A DNA stretch of 64,000 nucleotides, taken from NCBI GenBank assembly GCA_977018835.1, contig OZ361261.1, forward strand, positions 2,046,001 to 2,110,000, written 5' to 3'. This DNA is from Minutocellus sp. GHC0000111. Taxonomy: Eukaryota. Numbering within the stretch: the first letter of the stretch is position 1; the number at the start of each line of letters is the position of its first letter. A model generated the notes under the pieces. The model had not been told where the DNA came from. It did not search any database and saw only the letters and a program-made list of their open reading frames with translations. Position numbers and translations under genes: made by a program. Shown here in pieces: positions 32,511-43,807 of this stretch.

Positions 32511-35500
32511 CTATTGCTGCTGCCGCTTGGCGTTCTTGATACCCTTGTCTTTCCTAGTGACCATGTTGGCATTTTTGGCGCCGCCAAAGTTCTTCTTCTT
32601 CTTGCCGATCTCAATGGCTTCCAGGTCAACAACGGGGGCAGCTCCGATCCTATCCACGCCCTTGACGTATCTTGCCTCGATCTTCTCCTTCATATACTTG
32701 CTCTTATCCATGTAGAACTTGTAATCTCCAGAGTATTTTGTCAGGTCCTTGTCTTCGATGGCAACAATGGTTGTGGCAACCTTACTGATGAAGTAACGAT
32801 CGTGAGAAATGACAACCACCGACCCTTGGAAATGCTGAAGAGCCTCCTCGAGCATTTGCTTCGCGGGAATGTCTAAATGGTTGGTAGGCTACAAGTATTT
32901 GTGTTAGGAGGTATCGGTTGGATTGAATAGCAGGGAGGCATGAATGAGCGTTAGGATGACAAGAGAAAAGCGTGTTGATATTATGGGACAAACAACATAT
33001 ATATTTAATGCCAACAGTGAAAGCAAACACAGATACATACCTCATCAAGAATAAGGAGATTGGCGGGTGTGAGCATCATGCAGCACAGAGAGAGACGAGC
33101 TTTTTCACCACCACTGAGGCTCTCAACCTTCTTCTCCACAGCATCGCCCTTGAAAAGGAACTGGCCCAACAATGCCCGAAGCTCATTGTATGACTGTCCG
33201 TTGCTGGCACCTTGAACGGTCTCGATGACTGTTTTGCTAAGATCCAGTGCATCGGCCTGATTTTGCTCAAAATATGCAGGGATGACATTCTGCCCAACGA
33301 TCTCCGCCCGTCCCTCATCTGGCTCCTCTCTGCCCATCATAATGCGAAGGAGTGTCGACTTTCCACTTCCGTTGGGTCCCAAGACAGCAATGCGGTCGTT
33401 CTTCTCAATGAAAAGTTCGGTATCGTCGAACAACTTATTGTATGTTTCGCCATTGCCGTAGGAATGAGACAGACCCCTTACCTCGGCAACCTCAGGACTG
33501 AGACGAGGGGCGTCTGGGAATCTGAATCTGAATGGCTTGCCAGTAAACGGTGGCTTTTGCACGTAATCATTACTCTTCATCAACTTTTCCAGCTGTGCTT
33601 GCCTCTGCTTGACTGCCTGCGGCTGCTTCAGTTTGAACTTTTGAATCCATTTGCGCTCCTCCTTGATCTTTTTCTCTTGGGCATCATACGATGCCTGCCA
33701 AGATTCCATGCGCGCCTTCTTCAGCTGCAGGAATCGGGAATAGTTGCCGTCATATTCAGTACAAATACCACCCTCGGCGTCAACGATCTTGGTGCATACC
33801 TGATCCAAGAACTCGCGATCGTGACTGACAATAATCATTGGAATATTCTGATTGCGGAGGAACGCTTCGAGCCACTCCACACTCTCGACTGCAAAACGAG
33901 AATTATCCAAGCAACCATAGTCGAAAATAGAATCGTTAGGAAAACAAAATAGGGTAAAAAGTGTAAAGTATAGGATAATAAGACTGACAAGAAAAACTCA
34001 CGGTCGAGATGGTTAGTAGGCTCGTCGCTGCATGGTGGGGGGAAGCAATGAGAAAAGGAAGGAATATGTACGATTAGAACCATGATATTAAGCATTTCCG
34101 AGAGAAGTGATATGAGTGCATCGAACATTAAGATTGCATACTCACAGTAAAAGGATGTTGGGCTCCTTGAGAAGTACCTTGCCCAAACCAATACGCATCT
34201 TCCAACCGCCGGAAAACATGGAGACCATGTCCTCTCCCTCATCCGTCGTGAAGCCCATAAGATCCATAATTTTCTTCGCCCGGCTCTCCAACGCATAGAC
34301 ATCCTTGGCGTCTGCCTTGGCCTGGAGTTTCTGCATCCGATCCAATACCTCCTGCATGGCATCAGGATCGGCATCGGCGCCAAGATTTTCCAACTCAGTC
34401 TCTGCACTGCGCAAATCTTCCAGGATTTTGTTCTCCTCTTCGAATACGCTCATGAATTCCTCCTTGAGAGTTCGTGTCGGGACAAGCTCATCTACAAACT
34501 CCTGCCTCAGCATCGCCACGCGCAGATCCTTGCTGGATTTGACAACATCGCCCGTCGTCGGCTCCAGTTCCCCGGCCAGAATACGGAGTTGCGTCGTCTT
34601 GCCGGCGCCATTTTGTCCTACCAAACCAATCCGATCACCGGTCTGCACTCCCCACGTGGCGTCCTTGACGACTTCCTGATCGCGGAAGGTCACACCAACA
34701 CCTTCCAAACGCAGGGCCGAATAGTTGGGCTGACTCGATTCCATTACACGAATGCGAGGAGGAGGACGCTCCTTGCGAATCTTTTCCTCCAGTGATAGCT
34801 TTTCCTTCTTGGCAGGGGCCGGTGCGGGAACCGCAGGTGCCTATTGGATATCAGAAATGTCGTGACATAAAATGTGATGTGAGGAAAGCCCCAACGAAAT
34901 GAACAAGGCAGGCGTCTTCTTACGCGGATCAAATAAAGTGCTCACATCAACATCCTCTACAGCAGCATTTCCGTCCACATCGCTGCTCTCCAATCCTTCT
35001 CCGGACACACCTCCGACAACCAAGTCATCGTCCTCTCCACCACCAGCCTCCAATTCAGCCTTTCGTGCCGCCTTTTTCGCAGCCTTGGCAGCCATCTTAT
35101 CTCTCTTCTTCTCCTCCTTTTGTCTTAGTTTCTTGATCTCCTTCTTGGACATACCAGACAAGTCCATCCCGGCCAGCACATCCTCCTCCTTGGCAGGCGG
35201 GGCAAATTCATCGTACTCGGCCGATGCTGCCTGCGCCTCGAGCTGGGCAGCCTCAGCCCGCTCCATCTCCTCGAGAGCCTTGAGGGCGGCGGCACGAGGA
35301 TCCTTCTTCCCACCAGCTTGTGGCTGTTGCTGTGCCTCAGCGGCTGCTGCTTTCTCGGCCTTCTTGGCTTCTTTCTTGGCCTTCTTCTCCAACGCCATTT
35401 GTTCCTTCTTGCTCAATCCCGACGCCTCCACAGCGAACGGGTCGGGTATCTCATCCCCGCTTTCCAGAGCTGCCAAAGCTGCAGCTCTTTGAGCCTTTTG

Positions 35501-35974
35501 CGTCTCAGCGGCCGCGTCCTTTTGGGCTTGTTCGGCAGCCTTCTTGGCAGCCTTGGCCTCCTTCTTGCGCTGCTTCTCCAGGGCCATCTGCTCCTTCTTG
35601 CTCAGCGGTTCGTCCACGGCAGCGGCGACGCCGACGCCGACGGGTGCCCCATTGCCGATCGGATCGGGCAGATCGGCCTCTAGCGCCTCGAGGGCCTCCA
35701 GCTGCTCAAGTGCGGCCGCCGCGGGAGTTTTCTTGGCCTTCTTCTTGGCAAACAGTGCAGTTGACGATGGCTGTGTTGGTTTTGGTGCAATATTAGTACT
35801 CATGCCAGGAAAAAGGAACGCTCGAGGAGATTGCGCGAGTGGAATCTGGCTGTTTGCGCCAGCACTTTGTGATGACGCCGAGGGAGACCTCGGGACGGAG
35901 AATCCATCTACCGAAACGACCGCCGAGCAGGCCAAGACCGCCGTCAATACATTGACAGGGATTGAAATCCTCAT
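32511..35974 (-). CDS. Plastid-targeted ABC-F family ATPase (EttA/Uup/plant ABCF5-like); exons 35974-34946, 34840-34146, 34027-34002, 33888-33041, 32888-32511
   Basis: Two NBDs without TM domains: GQNGAGKTT/FSGGW/LLLDEPTNHLD and GPNGSGKST/LSGGEK/LILDEPTNHLD, each with SHDR. Signal peptide followed by DG-F cleavage motif. All splice sites GT-AG and frame-preserving. Confidence 0.92.
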
Positions 35975-36433
35975 TGCGAACGATTGGAATTGTTGTTCTT
36001 TTTTGGTCGCCGAGAAATGATTGGCCTGGGATTGACTCGATTCGTTATGACTTTTAAAACACAAAATATGCCACTTTTCTGTATCTAAAAAAGATACCGG
36101 TGTAGCGGATTGCACGCAAACTCGTCGACGTGAGGGTGCAAGGCGTGATAGTACGCAGTAGTGTGCTGTTGGAGCAAAGCAACTCAATGTCTGGCTTTGC
36201 AGAACGGCTGGCAAGCATTTGGGAGGTATACTGAACATTAGAAGAAGTGCTTACTTTCATTATCTTTTTAGTTTAAAGAAACACAAATTATAATTTTTCA
36301 GCCGATCTAGTACGCACGAGGCGCCAAGCAGCACAACTAAAAACCGCGTCAGCACTCTCTCTCGTACTCGTCCAACAGCCAACTTCATCCATCTGTACAT
36401 ACTCTCAACCCGGCCTGCCGATTCGTAGTCACC

Positions 36434-37108
36434 ATGAAGCTCTCGATCCTCGCATCCCTCCTCGCCTCGGCCGCAGCCTTTGCTCCCGCCAGCCACAACC
36501 TCGCCGTGTCGTCTGTTCGCCCGGCCTCGCAGCTTGCCGTGGCCATCGACACCAGCGACATTAAGAATGGCCTCACCGTCGAAATTGACGGAGAGCCCTG
36601 GAAGGTCCTGTCCTTCTCCATCATGAAGCAGGCCCGCGGTGCCGCCAAGACCACCATCAAGTTCAAGAACCTGAAGCGCGGCAACACCCTCGAGAACACG
36701 TACAGAAGCGGCGAGAAGTTTGAGACGGCCATGATCGAGAAGAAGCCCTTCCAGTACACATATCCCGATGAGAATGGCAACATGTTTTTCATGGACATGG
36801 AAACCTTCGAGGAGACCATGGTCGAGGCCAAGGTTGTTGAGGACGTTGAGAAGTGGATCGACGAGGGAATGGAGGTCAACCTTGTGTTCTGCAAGGGGGA
36901 AGTAATTGAAGTAGTTGTGCCCCAGACTATGACATACACCATTGCTGAGACCGAGCCCGGTATCAAGGGCAACACTGCCCAGGGTGTTACCAAGCCGGCC
37001 ATTCTCAGTTGCGGCGCTACCATCACCGTTCCTGGCTATCTCTCTGAGGGCGAGGCCATCAAGGTCGATACTGCAAAGGGTGAATTCTTGTCGAGAGATA
37101 ACGAATAA
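36434..37108 (+). CDS. efp: Plastid-targeted elongation factor P
   Basis: ASAAAFAP presequence; D+KNG..+EIDGEPW.V, KNL..G......RSGEK, FMDMETFE, ET.PG+KG.TA....KPA.L..GA.I.VP....GE.I.VDT..GE. Confidence 0.93.
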   Translation: MKLSILASLLASAAAFAPASHNLAVSSVRPASQLAVAIDTSDIKNGLTVEIDGEPWKVLSFSIMKQARGAAKTTIKFKNLKRGNTLENTYRSGEKFETAMIEKKPFQYTYPDENGNMFFMDMETFEETMVEAKVVEDVEKWIDEGMEVNLVFCKGEVIEVVVPQTMTYTIAETEPGIKGNTAQGVTKPAILSCGATITVPGYLSEGEAIKVDTAKGEFLSRDNE

Positions 37109-37855
37109 TGCTTGCTTGGTGTAAGATAAGGTGAAAGCATGGTTGTTACAGCCACTATGAAAATTAATTTCTTTGCGCGTTCACATTTTTGTATGGAAGA
37201 ACGAACAACAGTTGGAATGTACCGGCGTACATGCAGATACAAAGGTGACCGGCAATTGGCCTTGAGTAGAGGGAATCTTTGGTACGAAATAAATCAACCA
37301 CCAAATCCGCAAGCAAATCTCTTCGATGACATGTGTACGGGTAGTCTACCGGTAGCTAGTCACATCACGTGGCACACACCCATTTATTTGGTGAAGCTGG
37401 GCCAGCCACCATCTCTCTCCATCTTGTAGATCTCAAGTCTCAATAAATGCAGAAGGGCAGAGTCGCACTGCGTAGAGTTCGTACCCTACACTGCCTAATA
37501 GTGAATATCTTGAGGAAGTGAAGTCACATCCCTTCTTCGTGCATTCCGTCGCCCATTCCAAACGCCACCACCATGAGGCCATATCAGGCTCTCAACCGCA
37601 GATAGGGAAGCCCCTTTTATTATTTTTAAGGGGGCTTAGAAGGAAAACCCGGAACAGAACGCAACACGTCACTCGAGCGACAGCACGACAAAAACAGCGA
37701 CGTGTCGATCCGCCAACGCGCGAAGATCTGCCGGCGAATCTTTTGCACATGCATGCATTCGGCTCATAATTCGATCCATCGAGCACCCACCAAGCCGAGT
37801 GCCTGCTCTTAGATCTTATTCACGATAATTAAATACCAAAACAAAACTTTCTACA

Positions 37856-40800
37856 ATGACTGCTTCTTTTGCTCCCTGCAGGGTAAGACAACTAACGCGT
37901 TCGTTCGCTGGCCCTCGTTGGGTCATTGTTTTGTCGCGCGGAACACGGTATCCGCACTTCTTCGCTCGCCAATGCATGCGGCCATATTCCGATTCTTTTC
38001 GGAAGGAACAAAGATTCATGCGTAGCATTTGCTGATAAACTGTCGGCATATTATGTGGCAGTTGATTTTAGTTGCGCACACATTGCAGCATATATCAAAT
38101 GGGGCATGTGCATGAAACAGGAACGCAAACGATGTATGTGTTCCATGCAATTGCTCAATTGCAATTGGAACTTTACATTTTGGATGGATACATGCGCATG
38201 CAGTAGTCGCAGAAAAGATTCACCAGCACAAACAACATCCAACTCTTCTTTGCTTTGAATTATGCTGACCTTTATTTTTGCACTTCAACTTATCCATTTT
38301 TATTTACAGGCCAAGATGGAGGCCGATGGCGTCGCCGAATCGGCCATCTCCGCCTTTGAATCCACTTTCAACCTTCTTGTGTCTGGAGAGTCCGGTATGA
38401 TCCCCGAGTCGACCATCACGCCCGTCCCGGAGCTGGTTCATGCCGATTCCATCGACCTTGCTCCCGACACGTCTCTTTTGGACAAGACCGTCGTACTCAA
38501 GCTCAACGGTGGTCTCGGAACTGGCATGGGTCTCGACAAGGCCAAGTCCTTGCTCAAGGTCAAGGGCGACGATACCTTCCTCGACCTGACGGCCAAGCAG
38601 GTCCTCAAGATGCGCGAGTCTTTTGGCTACCACGTCAAGTTCATGCTCATGAACTCCTTCTCCGCCAGCGAGGACACTCTTGCCTTCTTCCAGGAGAAGT
38701 ATCCCGGCCTTGCCGCCGAGGAGGGATTGGAAATGCTCCAAAACAAGGTCCCCAAGCTCGATGCCACCACCTTCGAGCCGGCCGTCGATCCCAATAACGC
38801 CGCCAACGAGTGGTGCCCTCCTGGCCACGGTGATTTGTACGCCGCCCTCGTCGGTTCTGGCCGGCTCGATGCCCTCCTTGCCGACGGTGTCAAGTACATG
38901 TTCGTTTCCAACTCCGACAACCTCGGCGCCACGCTCGACCTCAAGATCTTAGCCCACTTTGCCACATCCGATGCCTCCTTCATGATGGAATGCTGCCAGC
39001 GTACCGAGAACGACAACAAGGGCGGTCACCTTGCCATTCGCAACTCGGATAAGCACCTCATCCTCCGCGAGAGTGCCATGTGCGCCGACGAAGATGAGGC
39101 CGACTTCCAGGATATTACCAAGCACCAGTTCTTCAACACCAACAATCTTTGGATCCGCCTCGACAAGCTCAAGGAGATCATCGACAAGAACGGCGGTTTC
39201 ATCCCCCTCCCCATGATCAAGAACAAGAAGACCGTCGATCCCAAGGACGACTCCTCCCAGGCGGTCGTGCAGCTCGAGACTGCAATGGGTGCCGCGATTG
39301 AATGCTTCGACGGTGCCTCCGCCATTGTCGTCCCTCGTACCCGCTTCGCCCCCGTGAAGAAGTGCAACGACCTTCTCCTCTTGCGCAGTGATGCTTACGT
39401 CATCACCCCCGAATACACCGCTGTCCTCAACCCCGAGTGCAACGGTGTCGCTCCCATCATGTCGATCGACAGTAAGAAGTACAAGCTTGTTGATGCTCTT
39501 GAGGCTGCCACCGAGGGCGGTATTCCTTCTCTTGTCAACTGCAAGAAGCTTACCATCAAGGGTCTGGTTCGTATGAGCAAGAAGACCTCTTTCGTTGGAG
39601 ATGTCTCCATTACCAATATGAGCGACGAGGCTAAGTTTGTCCCTATTGGCGAGATCAAGGACAAGGAGCTCGACCTCACTTCGGCAATCGGTCTTGGGCC
39701 GCTCAAGCCCACCGTGGTCAAGTCCGCTCCCATTGACGGTCAGAAGCCCGGCACATCCGGCCTTCGTAAGAAGACCAAGGTTTTCATGGAAGAAAACTAC
39801 CTCAATAACTTTGTCCAGTCAACTTTCGATGCCGTGAAGGCTACCGGTACCGATGTCTCTGAGGGATCGCTCGTCATTGGTGGTGACGGACGTTACTTCA
39901 ACGATGAGGCCATTCAAACCATCATCAAGATGGGTATTGCCAATGGCGTCAAGCGCTTCTGGATTGGAAAGGATGGCCTTCTTTCCACTCCTGCTGTTTC
40001 GGCTGTGATCCGTGAGCGTGGACCTGTGTGGCAGAAGGCCTTCGGCGCCTTCATCCTCACCGCCTCGCACAATCCCGGTGGACCAGAGGAGGACTTTGGC
40101 ATCAAGTACAACTGCGAGAATGGTGGTCCGGCTCCCGAGAAGCTCACCGATGAGATTCACAAGAACACCACCACCATGAAGGGATACAAGATCTGCCAGG
40201 ATTTCCCAGCGATCGACATTACTACTGTCGGCAGCACTACCGTCGCTGGCGCCGATGGTTCCACCGAGGTCACTGTCGAGGTTATCGATTCCACCGAGGC
40301 CCACGTCAAGCTTCTGAAGAGCATCTTCGATTTCCCCTCCATCAAGGCTCTGCTCGACCGTCCCGATTTCACCATGGTCTACGATACCATGTATGGCGTC
40401 AATGGTCCCTACTCAAAGGCCATCTTCATCGATGAGCTTGGCCAGCCTGAGAGCACCTGCATGAATGCTACCCCCAAGGATGATTTCAACGGAGGTCATG
40501 CCGATCCGAACCTCACATATGCCAAGGAGCTCGTTGCCATCATGGGCCTTGACAAGAAGGGCAACAAGATCGACGTTGATGGGCCCATCCCGTCCTTTGG
40601 AGCCGCCGCTGATGGCGATGGTGACCGCAACATGATTCTTGGCACTCAGTTCTTCGTCACCCCTTCGGACTCCCTTGCCATCATCGCGGCGTACGCTGAT
40701 TCCATCCCCTACTTCAAGGCTCAGGGCGGCCTCAACGGTGTTGCTCGGTCGATGCCCACCTCTGGTGCTGTTGACCTTGTCGCCAAGGATCTCAATTTTG

Positions 40801-41465
40801 ACCTCTTTGAGACTCCCACCGGATGGAAGTACTTCGGAAACCTCATGGATTCCAAGGCCCTGTACGGAGGAAAGGACTACACCCCCTTCATCTGCGGTGA
40901 GGAGAGTTTCGGTACTGGTTCCGACCATGTCCGCGAAAAGGATGGTATTTGGGCCGTCCTTGCCTGGTTGCAGATCCTTGCGTCCGTCAACACCGATCCA
41001 TCCCAGCCCCTTGTCACTGTCGAGGACATTGTTCGCAAGCACTGGGCCAAGTATGGTCGCAACTACTACTGCCGATGGGACTTCGAGGGTATGGACAAGG
41101 CCGGTGCTACTGCCATGATGGACAAGATGCGTGCCGACACCGCCTCCAACACCGGCCGCGTCATGGGCAAGTACACTATCGCCACCGCCGACGACTTCAC
41201 CTACGTCGACCCCGTCGATGGCTCCGTCGCCAAGAAGCAGGGCATCCGCTTCCTCATGGTCGATGGCTCCCGCGTCGTCTTCCGTCTTTCGGGCACCGCC
41301 GGTTCCGGTGCCACCGTCCGCATGTACATTGAGCAATACGAGTCAGACCCAACAAAGCTGGACATGGACGTCATCGCTGCTCTCGAAGATCTTGTCAAGA
41401 TCGCCCTCGAACTTTGTAAGATTGGTGAATACTGCGGTACCGAGACTCCTACTGTCATCACCTAA
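37856..41465 (+). CDS. UGP/PGM: UDP-glucose pyrophosphorylase / phosphoglucomutase fusion; exons 37856-37882, 38310-41465
   Basis: LKLNGGLGTGMG, WCPPGHGD, SNSDNLGA, RFAPVK (UGPase); GQKPGTSGLRKK, TASHNPGG, DGDGDRN, CGEESFG (PGM). A 9-codon first exon MTASFAPCR splices to AKME. Confidence 0.95.
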
Positions 41466-41571
41466 ATGATGATTGTACCGCACCTCCGAACCCAAAAACG
41501 AAACTTCGAGCATAGAATCAACCGCTATCAATGCAAACCCCTTTTACGTAGCTAAGTATTTCAGTACATAA

Positions 41572-42241
41572 TCAAACTATATTTGACACAAAGAAAATGA
41601 AATAGATTATCAATTTTGCACTTGAGAGTCCTATTGGGACCGTACCTGGTACGATCGTACGTTGATAGAAGCTCATGGAATGTGGAATCCAAGAATCAAA
41701 CGAAACATGTAAAATCTTAAATGTCCAACATGTAATATTCTATTACTACAAAAAAACGTATCTACGTAGCTCTACTAGACGATATAGTAAGGTTTTCCAG
41801 CGGGGGCAATGTGTATTCCCATCTTGCCCTGCACGGCAATGACCTCATCTTCGGGCAACGAAAGCACCGACCGAGCCCACGACGGCGCTATCGGTACGAT
41901 CGAACGTCAAACTATATTTGACACAAAGAAAATGAAATAGATTATCAATTTTGCACTTGAGAGTCCTATTGGGACCGTACCTGGTACGATCGTACGTTGA
42001 TAGAAGCTCATGGAATGTGGAATCCAAGAATCAAACGAAACATGTAAAATCTTAAATGTCCAACATGTAATATTCTATTACTACAAAAAAACTTATCTAC
42101 GTAGCTCTACTAGACGATATAGTAAGGTTTTCCAGCGGGGGCAATGTGTATTCCCATCTTGCCCTGCACGGCAATGACCTCATCTTCGGGCAACGAAAGC
42201 ACCGACCGAGCCCACGACGGCGCTATCGGTACGATCGAACG
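41572..42241. repeat. 335-bp tandem duplication (2 copies, one substitution seen)
   Basis: 41572-41906 and 41907-42241 are identical except G/T at 41758/42093. Each copy contains the last ~44 codons and 3' flank of the 42110..43102 gene. Confidence 0.95.
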
Positions 42242-43102
42242 GTCGATGTGCCGCAGGACGGCGACGGGGACCAGGATCAAACCCGTCACGCAGTCCAAAA
42301 CCCGTCGGTTGACCGGCCGGGCGTACGTGCCGAACTTGACGACGGCCCGGGTGCGATCCACGTCCATATCCCGGAGGGTGGCCATAAAGGGTGCCAGACC
42401 TCCATGGTCGTCGTCGAGAAAATATCTCCCCGTCATCTTGACCACGAGGTCGGCATCGGACATCTGAAAGTGATCCACCGCGCTCAAAATGTCGTCCAAT
42501 TCTTTTACTCCTTTTTCCTGTTCGGCTGCATTGCCCTCCGTGTACAGCACCGTCACGCCCAGATCGTCCAGAAAGGTCTTTCTTGGTCCGTTGTTCTCCA
42601 CGACGACGATCTGATACGGCAGGGGCAGGTCGGCCAGCTCGGCCTGCATCTTGAGCCGCCCGATGCCGCGCTCGTACTGCAATTGTCGTTTGTCGACGTT
42701 GCGCTCCCCGCTGTTGGTTTCGCGGAGGGGATTGGCGTTGCGATTGTTGGGTTGGATCGACGCCGTTACCACAAAGTACAGTTTGGACGGACGCGCGTCG
42801 GGTCCCAGGATCAGATCGTGCGGAACTCCCGCGGCTTGGATGGCCGAAACGGTATCCGATGCGTAACGGATGGAAGCCACGGCGAGGCATGCCGATGAAA
42901 TGGCAAGGAAGCACAATCGCAGGATTCGGAATGGACCCGGCGCTCCGAGGATGCCTGCAATCGCAAGAGGGGGCTGCTGCTGCCGATGCAATGCCGATGA
43001 CGGAGATAAGGGTCGCTTCCGACCGACGAGAAGGGCCTCGCAATCCTCACTACTAGGGGCAGCGGCATCCCTTTCGCTAGGTCTCTGGGTAAGCGCGCCC
43101 AT
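42110..43102 (-). CDS. Type II membrane protein with putative glycosyltransferase-like domain (VENNG / KMTGRY motifs)
   Basis: N-terminal TM; YFVVTASI...R..QY..GI...IVVVENNG.R.TFLD...VLYT..N...KG..EL.DI...D.D.+VK.TGRY...DC+.GL; intronless. Confidence 0.55.
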   Translation of the reverse strand: MGALTQRPSERDAAAPSSEDCEALLVGRKRPLSPSSALHRQQQPPLAIAGILGAPGPFRILRLCFLAISSACLAVASIRYASDTVSAIQAAGVPHDLILGPDARPSKLYFVVTASIQPNNRNANPLRETNSGERNVDKRQLQYERGIGRLKMQAELADLPLPYQIVVVENNGPRKTFLDDLGVTVLYTEGNAAEQEKGVKELDDILSAVDHFQMSDADLVVKMTGRYFLDDDHGGLAPFMATLRDMDVDRTRAVVKFGTYARPVNRRVLDCVTGLILVPVAVLRHIDRSIVPIAPSWARSVLSLPEDEVIAVQGKMGIHIAPAGKPYYIV

Positions 43103-43807
43103 TTTTGTCTCTTATCTTTTGACTTTGGTGGTACTACGTAGTACGCAGTAAGGGCAGCGATGGGACCCCGACCTTCCAATGATGACCGATGGTTATTTGC
43201 GTTCTTGTTTTGCGTTCTTGTTGTGATGATGAGAGGCTCGGATATGTTCTTTCACTGCAGTCGACGTAGATGCAGCGCAGGAGCCAACGAGGGATTGCTA
43301 TTGATGGCGCTTGCTACTGACTAACCGATCAATGCTCCACGCACGGCTTCTACGTAGTTAGCGAGCTGTTCGTAAGCAACGTCACAGGCGGGGCCCGGGA
43401 TCGGGAGGGGCGATTTTGTGTTGTGTTTTCTCCGCCATGTTTTTTATTACAAGAAGTTCGTATCTTGTCCGTTCATGTCCGGCCGGCTTATATATGTTTG
43501 CATTTTCAAACATTTTTTATGTTCAAAATGGATCGGCTGACTCGCAGATGCGAACTTGCGAACTGGGTTTTGTAATGATGTTGGGCTGTTCCCGGCCAAT
43601 CTGGTAATGAAGTTCATTACCGGGACCATGCTTACCTGCTTGATTGCCTGCTTGGTTCGCGATAGAAGAAATGCGTCTGTCTTCGTGCGTAGCCTAGCTC
43701 TCTCCGCCAAACGATTTTCATCTCGCCTCTGGCGTCAGTAATACTACTACTACTACGTAGTATCTCAAACGACGAAGGCTCAGGCAGGAGGCATATGACC
43801 TTATGAT

